Assembly: GCA_977030845.1 (NCBI GenBank)
Contig: OZ365118.1
Span: 2,790,001-2,854,000, forward strand
DNA: 64,000 bases
From: Fimbriosthenelais zetlandica
Lineage: Eukaryota
Direction: 5' to 3'
This document shows, piece after piece, positions 25,141-37,080 of the stretch. Position 1 is the first letter of the stretch; every line of letters begins with the position of its first letter. The notes under the pieces are model-generated. The model searched no databases, had not been told where the DNA came from, and worked only from the letters and a program-made list of their open reading frames with translations. Made by a program: the position numbers and the translations under genes.

Positions 25141-28100
25141 TTCCTATGTGATAGGAATAATAAGTGTTTCTATTCACGTATTGCTATCACTCCCCCAATG
25201 TAAAGTTGGTGCTGCTATCAATTACACCAGCACCTCCATTCATGATAAGATTGCCATCAATTGATATACACTCGCAGGTATCGGATAGCTATCAATACAA
25301 CCCCAGCAATAATGTGTTGGTATGCCATGATTCCTATCCTAGCATTGGATGATCAATTAAAGCATGCATGGTCATCCCCCTGGCCTATAGCATTATATAT
25401 ATGAAGCCTTGGTTGTAGTGAGACAAGATGTTGACGTGTGTGGCAGTTATAGGTTGGCCAGGACCTGACAAGGCCTTGTACCTTGGATGTTTGCTGGTCT
25501 GATCAAGTACCATGGAGGCACTGTCTGCCTCCAGCCTTCACCATGGAGACAGCACACCCCGTCTCCATACACACCACCAATGGGGACAACATTTCTACAG
25601 AATGCAATCAAAGCTGAAGCTTTGCTGCTTATCGCCCCTACATACACCTGACCACCTCCTCCCCCCCCCCCTCTCTCTCTCTCTCTAGCCTCCTAGAAAT
25701 AACAAGCACCAAGTCGCACCCTCTCCAAGGGCTCATTCTTGTTTCCAATCATAAACACAGCTCCTGGGCTGGTCCAGGATTACATTCCCTGAATCACAGA
25801 CTTGTAGATTCTCAAGGATTCCATTCTTGTACTGTGTAAATGCCAAGAGCATGTATTCTCGAGAGGTGCTGTGATGGAGAAAATCCAAGATTTCAAATCA
25901 AAGTAAATTCCTTTGGACTGGCACTGATTGCAAATGCCTTCAATTGCCTTGTCTGCCCTTTAAATTTGCCCTGCCACAGAACTTGGAATTTCTTTCATAG
26001 ATTTGTATTGTTTCTGAGCCATGATGTTCTGATGTGACTTTTCCTCATGCTCATAATTGCTCATGAGCTAATTGCTTATCAGTCATATCTAGATAACAGA
26101 TTCATATGAACGAAATGTTCATATTCCTTTAGGGATTAAAGTATGATAAGGAATCATCGAGTGAGGTTGATATATGGATTGTAAGAGTCCCCATGTACTC
26201 CATCTTTGTAGCCACACACCACACGATCCCCAGTATGTGACTTGGTATATAGAGGGGCAGAGTAGAGGTCCCCCATTGGCCAATGATAAAGATATAGGGT
26301 GACAGGGGAGAGATGGCTGGAGCTTACACTGGGCGAGCTGTACATGTAATGACATGAATGCTTATATTACACATCATATCCGGCTTACGACTCTACTTAC
26401 ACCCCCACCATTTACACAGAATGGGCACTCATACTCAATATGTATACAATAATCTTTAACCCATTCCCATAGACTTATAAGTGTCTTAAAGATCTATAAA
26501 TCATTTAGTTTATTGGAAAAAATTGCACCTTCAGTTTTGAAGTTCAAACTAAGTTGAATGAACTTTGAGCTATTAATTTTAGCCTAAATTTGAGCTGGGC
26601 AGGAGTGGCAGGATAAGGTGACAATTATGGAACAAGTTATGGTCAAGAGGTTCAATGTGGATGAGAAATGAGACACTTTCTCACTGCCACACGACAGTCG
26701 CCTTAATGAAAAGGGTGGAAAGTTATCAATTAGTGTTTTCACCACCACTGTCAGCCACATCATATTAAGACAAAACGCAGCGAGGAGCAAAACACAACAC
26801 TTCCGCTAAACTGTTTTCCTTTGATTCAAATTACAAGATAAAACAAGGTTGAGAGCCTGTCACCAAGACAACTACAGGGAAGTAAAAATCTCCCCTGATT
26901 TCCTCAAGGATAACGGGGTGGTTTCTCATAAAATCTCAGCTTTTTACAGCCTTGTTTTTTTCCTCATTTCCTTGTTACTTTAAAGCTTAGTCATGAAGAC
27001 ATGGATAGCCTGGCAATGAGGGGGCCTGGGAAGCCCTAATAGGGGCGAACGGGGTGTATTAGGACATAGAAACGCTATTTTCTGTCTCAAAGGAAGCATG
27101 GAAACGAGGGAGACTTGTCTCCCCAAATGGAAACACCTTAAGTGACTGTCAGAGCTCGTATCACACACATGTAGTGCTAATCACATAGGACACATGGCGC
27201 AGGGAACAAAGACTCAACCCCTTCTACTTGGCGAAGATTGCCATCAATTTTGTAAAGATTCTGATGAAGGAATCGTGTTTGTAGCCTGGCCCATGCCGCC
27301 ATGCTTTTACAGGCAAACTCTATCCCCCCCCCTCTCTCTCCATCTACCTCCACTGCTGCTAATCCCCCATAGCCCTGATCTATTGGTAATAATTATATCC
27401 ATGGATCTACTCAGAGAAAATATTGAAAATATAGAATGACTGTTAAAATCATATCACTGTAAAATACATATCCAGTACCTTATAAGATTCTCAACATTTA
27501 CAACTCTGATTCTTTTGAAATTAGATAGGTATGAAGAAGGTCCTCATAGGAGTTGAAAACGTGTCTGAAAGCTTCGTACCTCTAAAAAAAATTCCCGTAT
27601 GAAGCAGATGAAATAAAGCTTGATGAAAGGTGTCACTAGTTTCAATGCCTCTTTGGACAGACCCTTCAGTGTAACGCGAGTTGCATACTGATTTGTTTTC
27701 CTTTAAAATATGGCAAGACACGTGCCGGGGAAACAAGCTTTGAGAGGAGTTACTTGATTAGGATGTGTACAAGTCCAAGTGTGCTTTCAGCTGGATCATA
27801 TTCTTTCACTTTTTTTCTTCTCGCCACTTTTCAAAGGATTCTTTGAAATAAGTAATTACAAAAACCTGGAGAATGTGCGGGAAAGATGTCGTACAAAAGA
27901 GTATTTCATTGAGAGAGTCTTCATGTAGAATGAGGAATAGTTCCAGTCATTTTCATTCTTCTCCTCTCATATTCCCTTCATTATTTCATATCTTCACTAG
28001 TGAAGTCAAAATTAGATTTCTTGTGGAATTTGTTGTAGCCTTCATCTCCCCTTATACATATTTTACTCCTTCTCCTTCATACCTGCTGTTTCTCATTTCG

Positions 28101-28298
28101 AGATATCTGAGATAATTTCGATCTGTCTCAACTTACTTGGACTAAGGGCGTCTAATGGTACAGTTTCAGCTTAGTTACCAACAATGTCAGGGACAGGAGT
28201 GGGGAGATACTGTCAAGCTAAACATTGCTTCAAAAACCGCTCAAGGTCATTAGATATTTTCGCAGTTGCTAATTGCTCAGCCTTGCTTCGTTGTACAG

Positions 28299-28310
28299 GA
28301 TACAAGTTGA
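28299..28310 (+). other. Candidate 12-nt microexon GATACAAGTTGA
   Basis: gctaat branch-like motif, ccttgcttcgttgtacag acceptor with TGC, donor gtgagt at 28311. Confidence 0.3.
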
Positions 28311-29020
28311 GTGAGTTCCCCCACTTTGAAAAAGTCTCAATCCAGAAATGAATTGCTTCTCCTTCCGACAAGTCGGCGACATGGGAAATTTCACATCGCT
28401 GGTTATCAGCAATGCAAAATACAGCATCGCTTTACAAAGCCTTCATCAGGGCAGTGTCAGCTGAGACGGACCCGGTCAGGCTGGGGGACCGGGTAACGAT
28501 CTAGCTAGCTAGTTATTATGGTGGCCAGGAAGTTTAGACGTTTACCTAGCAGGTTAGTTAGGCAGAAACTGACTGGCCTTCATGTCAGACAAACTCCAAC
28601 ATGACTGTCTGAATATTTGAGGTGAAAAAAGGCTGGATTTCAACTTAAATTAGTCCGTGGAGGGTGATGTGAATACAGGCACGGTCTATCAAGAGAGCGC
28701 CTGATGTCTGGTGATTTTCACAAGGCCTGGTGTGTTGGTATGCTTGAGAAATTCACCAATCATTTCCACTACTTCTCTTGTCAAGTATTCTCTTATTCTC
28801 GAACACCCTCCCCGACCCACTCACAATTGGAATAGTGCAGATAGGAGAATGTATAGGAAGATGTGTGTGATATTGGTAATAATTGATGAGTGCACTATAT
28901 TGTATAACACACCCGCTGTACAGGCAGATTAAGATCTATAAATGATGGAGATTATGGCAATGGCCCACGTGGGTTCTATTAATCATAGATTAGGCCGGGA
29001 GTGGCTGGATCTGCTATAAA

Positions 29021-29104
29021 GGGAGAGTGAGAAAGAGACGGAGAGAGAGGGAGAGACAGAGAGAGGGAGAGAGAGAGACAGAGAGAAAGAGAAAGAGAGA
29101 GAAG
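29021..29104. repeat. (GA)n microsatellite directly after TATAAA (29015-29020)
   Basis: Directly visible. Confidence 0.95.
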
Positions 29105-29149
29105 GGTGGGAAGATTGTGTCACTCCATGGCGTGCCACATGCTCTAACC

Positions 29150-29710
29150 CCGTCTCATACTCCTCCTTGCCTCTGGTTTTTCCGGAAGAGAGAAAAGACA
29201 TCTATTACCAGACAAAGATATGACAAGCCATCGTCCAGCTTTGTCCAGCGGGGGGGCTGCTGCCCAATTAGGTGTCATGTGGCCACACCCTGCTAAATTC
29301 ATGACCCCCGCTGGCGGGCGGTGTATTATTCAGCAGGCGGGCGGTGTGTAGAGGGCGCTGCAGTGCGGCGTCACCGGGCAGGCTGCGGCTCTATTTCCGG
29401 TTGAGTCGCTGATAGCGTGCAGCGTGAAATAAGCCAGCGAGGAAAGTGAGGGAGAGAGAAAGGCAACGAGGGCTCGTCAATCTGCGACAGAGCGAGGTGG
29501 GAGGGGCCAGGGTGGAGCTTGATTGACAGGTGAAAGGAAGTGGACAAATCATTATTCCCGCCCTTCTGTCAAGTCGGCAATCTGTCAAACTGAGAGCCAG
29601 CAGGGCCGTGCGTTCTCCACCATGGTCACTTCCGGTCCCAGACATGACGTCATATGGCAGGGCATTGTGGGTGAATGACGTGTTCACCTGCGTCTGGTGA
29701 TGACCAATTA
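29150..29710. promoter_or_regulatory. CpG-rich enhancer/alternative-promoter-like element
   Basis: ggcgggcggtgt twice (29313, 29336), TGATTGACAG 29520-29529, two CTGTCA, ACTTCCGG 29628-29635, TGACGTCA 29645-29652. Confidence 0.5.
29622..29670 (+). CDS. Candidate first coding exon MVTSGPRHDVIWQGIV(G)
   Basis: Perfect Kozak CCACCATGG, donor TGG|gtgaat at 29671 (phase 1); a stop follows immediately if unspliced. Confidence 0.15.
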
Positions 29711-32700
29711 AAACGTCTCTACATCACTCCCTGCCTACCCTCCCCCCACCCCCATCTATAGCTCACATAGATGGCTCCCTGCCCAAAGGATGACTCCATC
29801 CCCAGACGAACGTGAAAAAGTCACTATCCAATCTATACACAGAGAGAAAAACATTGCAAGATGAGAAACAACTTTCTCCTCAGAAACTCCCTGTTGTAAT
29901 TAGACAATCTTATAGCAAATCCTTTCTTTTGAATATTTTTTAATATCAAACATTAAAATCCAATCCCTACCCTTGTTTTTAACCTGTTGGATCCAGGGGA
30001 ATTTTACTGAGGGTATAATCTACTTTAATGCTGGAGTCAATCCCCGGGAATCAATCAGGTATGAACAAAGAATAGACAATGTAGAGAACATTTGTTAGCG
30101 CCATGGCTTACAATATTGTCTATTTGATGCAGCAAGAGACGATTACACTGCTGTAGACAGGAGCTATTGTTTGATGGTCTAGATCTAGCACCCAGCCCTC
30201 CTCTCTATACCTGATTCACACTAGATCCTGGCCGTCAGGGGGAGCAAGCTTCATTACAGAACAACCTGCGCCCTCCCTAATATATTCATGGCTTCTATCT
30301 CCGAATTATCCATAAATTGTTTCCCTCTAATATGGGCCATGGTGTGACTTTATCTGCCATGCTCCAGACTATAGAGCTAAATAGATGACTAATGGTTCAT
30401 CCCATGTCAAGGCTGGTCTTCACTTGCTACTTTGGTAGACTCCAGACTGTGTGAGGCAATTTCCAGACAGATATAACCATAAATAGGTCTTACAGATAAC
30501 ATGAAATAGTTACAGTCTGAAAGATGCATCGGTGGAGGGGAATCTCACGTAATCTCATTGTAATGTCTGGTATATTTTTACATTGTGAACCAGTCGGTTA
30601 TCATTTGCTATTATGCCTCTTATTCATTAAATGTACCAAGAAAAGTCTGTCTTTATTAGTCTGATTACAACTCTAGAAAACAGCGTGTCCGCTCTCATAC
30701 GTCATGGTTTGTCCAATTTGAATGATTAGATTCAAACTGCAAGTTAATAATGAGACTGCACTGAAAGAAAAATACATTTTTCCGACTGAGAAATAAATTG
30801 CTTTGGTTGGTAGAGGCTTCCCTGCAATGAACTTCCGTTGAAAATTTGCAAACCTTAAATAATTCAGCCGGCTTTCATTCTGCTCTTTTGAGACCTTTCT
30901 TTAAATTGCTCGCCAATAATGGCCTCGTGCCTGGAATATCACTGGTGGCATGCTCAATGGCCTCGCTATAAAACATAGATTTACTATTTTTCCACGAGAG
31001 ATAGGGTCTTTACTTTGCAACAGATTTGACGGCACATGTTGGATGAAAAAGGGAATGTTGAATGATGGAGGGACGGGAGGGTCGAACCGCCATGAGTCCC
31101 GGCTGGATTATGCTTTCCCCACGCGCGACTTACTTCCAATCACATGCTTTGTTAGATTTGCCTAGAGAATTTCATTTGAAAGGCTTACTGGTCACAATGG
31201 GAGGATGAGTAGGCGTTTACGGCGGTATAACTCCCGGACAATCCCTCTTGTAATCAAATGTTCATGAGCTACTAGCCGTAAAGCAGGCTTGGCTGAGAGC
31301 TGCTCCCACCAAGCCTTGGATGTTGAATAATGGCACGGCACCCAGCAATTACCCGGCAATGATAATGGGCAAAAACAAAAACCTCAATTAAACGATGGGC
31401 AAGGTGACCCCTGATGTCCTTGTGACAAAAACAGTGGTATGTACGGAGTGGGAAACAGTGAGTCCCATGGTAGCAAGGGTTGACATGCAATATGATGAGG
31501 GTGGATAATGGGTGTGAGATCGCAGCGTACCTCCTAACAACAGAGCACAGCTATCACCCATCCCACACACACCCATTACTGGTGTTTCAGGCGGCGACAT
31601 GACTGGCCGTTTGATGCCGGGATTGGACCGGTCATCCATGTTAATTAACCAATCTCTACCGTGGCCCAAAACAGGCAAGCTGCGTGCACTGGCGATTGTT
31701 CCGCCCTTAATTCCCACGCGGAGATTTATTGCATTAGACTTAAAACACTTAGATTTTCTAGTTATAATAAAGATCGTCCCGATGCACTGCTGATCAAGCC
31801 TGTTAGATGTTATTAGGTAAAATGATGAGGAATCCTGCTCATGAGGGAATGATTTTCTTCACATAATCAACTAGTGTTTAATCTCGGTGCCATGAGAGGG
31901 TATCGCTGTCCATGTTTCCGCTGACCCCCGTCAATGTCCAGTCATGGAATGAACCACTGACCAGAAGGACTAGACATGAAGGTCCTGGTGAGGCTTGGTC
32001 CAGCTGCCACTGACCAGAGGTCAAGCTGTATGGGAGGATGAGGCTCATTGATGGACTATAAATCCTACTAATCCACATCCCATCATACAATAAAAACCAG
32101 CCCTGTACAAGACAGATAAGCAACATGTGGGTGCTTCCCCCTAAACGCTAATAAACCCAATGCCCCTGGATTGCTCCTCCAAACATTCAAAATGCATCAG
32201 AAATGGCAAATAATGACCTGTGAGTGAGAGGTGCTTGCTGGAGGTTAAATAAGAGTAATCGGGGAGCATGGATTGATTGTTTAGCTCTCTCTGTGAGGCT
32301 ACAGCTTCATACAGGGCCCTCATAAAAGCCAGCTTTCACCACTCCCCCAAAGGTCAACTCATTGTTGTACCAATCACCTTTCTCATTAACCTTCTGAAGA
32401 TCAACGCAGCTCACATAAAAGATGCATCTACCGCTGACCTTGGTGCTATATACCAAGGACAACGGTCATAATGAGGCCTACTGACCCATCAAAAATATAC
32501 CCTGGTCAAGTTATACCACACCTCTATGGCTTAAAGTGGCTGAATTCAGTCAAGTGGCTTAAATCGAGAACGATTTTTGGTGTCGGGATATTCTGCAATT
32601 CTAGGAAATGTTACTTGCTTATTACATTACCCGATCCAGTTGGAAGAAAATCTCTCCTTGATTATATTTGGAGTTCTGAGATCTCATTGATAAGAGTGCC

Positions 32701-33659
32701 AATATTCGCTGTATATATTATGCATATCTGAGGCAAAGATTGAAGAGGTGGGTGACAGGCCCATCAGTAATGGCACGAGGAAAACAAACAAGCCGAGAGA
32801 GAATCAATCTGAAATGCTAACGGACAGGTGGTGGAACCTGAAGCACCGTCATGTGGACTTTACTCCTTACTTGTGACGTCGGCACGCCTCTTGTGCCTGC
32901 TTCTTTATTCTCCACCCTTCTCCTCAAGCCTGAGTCAGTCCAGACCAATGCCTGCTGACAGGTACATGTTTCTACTGTGCTCCTTCCCTGCCCTCCTCCA
33001 GGGTTCGAAGCCCCCATAGGAGAGGCCCTCCTGTGAGGGGGAAGGCAAGTCTTGCCTACCCCTGTAACGGGATAGCTTGTCAGATCTTGATGTCAGGTAC
33101 TGGCAAGCTTGCCCGGACCTTGTCTGGTCTGTACACCTCCAGTAAGCCACCTACAAGGGAAACTAAGTTCCGTCAAGATAGTATTTTACTTCCGTTAAAG
33201 TTTTCTATAATGAAGGTGCGGAGATCGTTGGAGTGTAATGGCCGTGTGCCATGGTTTGAATACCTGAAGGAAATGGTCAGGCAATGTCGCCTATAGGCCT
33301 ATGGGTTTTATACATGTATACATGTATAAATACCATAGTAAAACCCTTCAAAAACATCTGCTGTATTCCAAATCTTTCTCCGACCAAACAACACAACTTT
33401 TTTTTATCCCCTTATACATTTAAACTGAAAGAAGGGGAAGATTGGTCAAAACCCTAGACACACATAAATGCCTGCAGCCTACCAGCATGAATGAAAGGTT
33501 GTGAAACATGAACCCCCACATGGTCATCTCGCATGTTACCCCCCTGCCAATATGAAACACTGGTCAATAGTCCGTTAATAATGAACCTATAGAAGGTATG
33601 AAGTCATTACTGTTTTATTGACTACCAGGACTGATTGATTGCCTTTCGTTCTTCCACAG

Positions 33660-33671
33660 GAGAAAGAAAAT
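33660..33671 (+). other. Candidate 12-nt microexon GAGAAAGAAAAT
   Basis: actgat branch-like motif, gattgcctttcgttcttccacag acceptor with TGC at about -18, donor gtgagt at 33672, purine-rich exon, open in all phases. Confidence 0.45.
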
Positions 33672-35615
33672 GTGAGTCATAACCTGATTTTATGTTGACC
33701 AGCACATTGATGTCTCAATCTCCCGCTAGGCGCAGTGTGAATAATGTCCATTCTCACCACTAACTGACCGTGGGGCAAAAATAAAAAAGTGGCCGGACTT
33801 GCATGCCAGGCCGCTATTGCTGCTCCAGGGTTGGAGGGGCACCTTTAGTCAGTGGGGAAGATGGCTGAGCCCGCCCCCAGCCTCCAGCTCTTTTATATGG
33901 ATGAGGTTGTAGAAAAGGGGCCAGCCTACCATCGAACGGATAACAATATGTTCTATCAAGGTTTTTGTGCATGACGGATGACCAAGTCCATGAAATATTC
34001 AGTGGGATCGCATGTTGGGGCGGGCATCCATCGGCCGACCTTTGACCGAGGTTGGGTGGAGGGACTTCTAATTGCCACCACCACACGTTTCACACATCCA
34101 TTGCCGTAGTTGCCACACCTCCGGGGCCCATGCCCCGCACGCATTGCCGCCCCATTGTAAAGCTATATAAGAGCGGATTAATTGAACATACTCAGGAGGA
34201 GGAGAGATTGGATGGGTCAATAAAAGCAAGTCATGAAAATTCACAAGGCTTCTTTATACATCTACTGGGCTGTGGTCAGGCCGGAGTATACATTATACTC
34301 TATTAGTTATACATGAGGCTTCTATATATATACTTACCTTACAAAAAATACCAGTTACTTCATGCCTGTCAAAAGCTCGCTGTTCCTCCCGCGTAAACGA
34401 TTTGTCTCAGGGAATATAGAAATATAGACTGTGAGTTTAGAATTAATTGCAAAAGCCAGACACTTTCCATTTGTTATCTGACAGTTCTGTTTCTGCTTGC
34501 AAGTCTGGAGATAGACAATGTTTAACTCTGTCCAATGTTTTTCTTCTGATAAATGGAAACTTATATTTTGTATAAACATTTCTATGGTGATTTGATTTAA
34601 ACCATCAGATTATGTCCTTCAGTCTGGACAGACAATTAATAGTTCCTCATTTTTATCTTGAATGGAATGGTCAGCCGTGAGTTATTTTTGCGTTAAGGAT
34701 GAGAGTGACTGGATGGAGTCTATAATGGCTCTCCTCACCATACCCATACACTGTGTTTACACTGAGAGAATTCTAAACCTCCCCACTCCCCCAATCCAGT
34801 CAGACCTCCTGATGACACAAGCTCTAGCTTTGATTAATTTCTTAAGAAGTGCCAATTATATTTACCCATCCTTTTCACTCGATACCTTCCCCTGCATGCC
34901 AATGCGCCTCCCCTCTTTTCGGGGAGGGTGTGCAAAGAAGAGCCATAGAAAGTCTTACTATCGGGTCGATGAATGGAACAGCCCAAAGATTTAACCTGGA
35001 AATACTAGTCAGTAATTCTGTTTCTTAACTCGGGGAGTCTAAATACTGGCATGGCACAGATACGACCCGATCTCTTCAATACTGGAGTAAGAACTCAAAT
35101 GAAGTGAAATTGAACCTTATTGAATCCTCAGCAAACAGAGAAATGTGAGCGGAGCAAATAAAAGAGATTCTGTTCTGTATTTCGGGGTTGTTTTGCTCCA
35201 GGGCGACATTGCTTGAACCATATTGGTTGAAGGTTTCATATATACATGCACCCTGATTTCAGACCATGCCTCAGATATGTGTAATTCATTTGGACCCGGA
35301 ATTTGGACCCATTATATAAGTTGTCAGGGAGCCTATACTTTGACAGCTGCCGTCCAAATGTGCATAGTTCATGCGCCGAAATATAACTGGAATGTTGTGG
35401 AGCTATTTACATGTACATTACAGTGAATGTTGTCGCACCTTGGGTTACATTACTCCATATAGAAGCATCCTTCATCAACATGTGGCTTAATGTTGGTACA
35501 TGAGGCTGAGAGAAAGCCAGGACATAACTGGTACAGCTGAATCAGCCTAAAACATCAACCTACAGTCTACACCAGCAAATATACACACCACACCTGTGTG
35601 CTGTCTTATTCACAG

Positions 35616-35627
35616 ATGGAATCCAAG
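35616..35627 (+). other. Candidate 12-nt microexon ATGGAATCCAAG
   Basis: gtgtgctgtcttattcacag acceptor with TGC, donor AAG|gtgaat at 35628. Confidence 0.3.
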
Positions 35628-37080
35628 GTGAATAGGTGATGTGGGGAGGGCGGGAGGCCTTGTTCAGCTGCTATACCGACATATAGACAGACCTGCCATC
35701 AAACAATACAATCAAAATAACCTCCAGATATAAGAACTTTTCTATGTATATAGCTGCGTTATTTTGATCCATAATTTACCTACGGTACTGTTTTAATTAA
35801 GAATCTAATCCCGGATCTCATTTACAAATGGCCGACATTTTCAGCACTGAGTTTCTCATCAGAGAACAGCCTGACCCATTTGTCCATATATCCAGGCTAT
35901 CTCCTCCCTATAGGCCCTCATACCCCATACCGCATCAACCTACATCCCCCCTCCTCCCCCCATCTCCCTCGAGGCCCCATTTTCGGACCATTACCATTGT
36001 TGGACAACCGCTGAATGATCCAAATTAAACTTCAGACATTTGCTCAGAGAACCCCCCTTGATCCTGGCCGGCCTGGGCTGCTCGATTATTTGAGTATCAC
36101 TCTTGCTTGATGTGGCATTTGGAGCTGCGGTAAGGGGCAGAACCTTCATTCTGCTGGCCTTGTAGCAGGAAATGCCTACCGCCGGAGCCCGGGCCAGGAC
36201 CCGATGCGGTGGTGACTTTTGGATCTCCGCTAAAGCCTCCTCCATACTGGCCTCCCTACATCTGTAACTATCTATACATCAGTAGGCTATCAGAGCTGGC
36301 GAGCCCGGGATCGGGCGAGCACTCATCACCTCCTCTAAACCCCCCATGAGCTGCTCACTTCTTGTGAATGTACACTCACCACATACCCTCACTTTACCCC
36401 TCACTCCTCCTATAGTAATGCCAGCCCATTAATCCATTCTATGTTATCAAGGCATTCCTATAATTGTACCAGGAAAAGTTTAAGGATGAAATTTGAAAAG
36501 AGGTAATTTGGATATTTTAACTGTGACAAGTCTATCACTTTTGTCAATTGAATGTTCACGTAGTTGATCGGTCCTCAGGGACCAACTTGTAGTTTACTCT
36601 CCGTTCTGCTTGGTGTAGGAAGCTCTCCAGCGATTTCTATTGGGACTCGATTGTCAGCACTTAGGGGATGAATTCTACAGTGACCTTCTGATATGGGATG
36701 CCACCATTGAGATGTCATATGAACAAGGTTCATGTTCAAAATGTAATGTAGGAACTAGATATCTCTACTTTCTCTTTCACCCCAGCTGAACTTTCATTTT
36801 AGTTTTAGTCACAACTTTAGTTTCATCACCAGTCGTGCTTGTCTGGAATCCCGGGGCTGAACAGCGTGGAATAAGAGTTTTTTATTTGTGTTTTTTCCAT
36901 GGTGACTGAATGATGGTATGATAATTTGGGCGGACGCTCATTTTGTGTAAATGGCCGACACTAATGATGATCCATACTGATAAATGAGACGAGCTCCAGG
37001 GATTCATTATTAATCCAAAAATCTCTCTCTATAACTACGGTACATAGGCTAATACTACCTTAAATAAACCACCCTCCGAC

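Noticed and set aside
33001-33013. tRNA T-arm-like gggttcgaagccc (also gtggttcgaattc near 4577)
   Set aside because: No A-box, D-arm or acceptor stem upstream.
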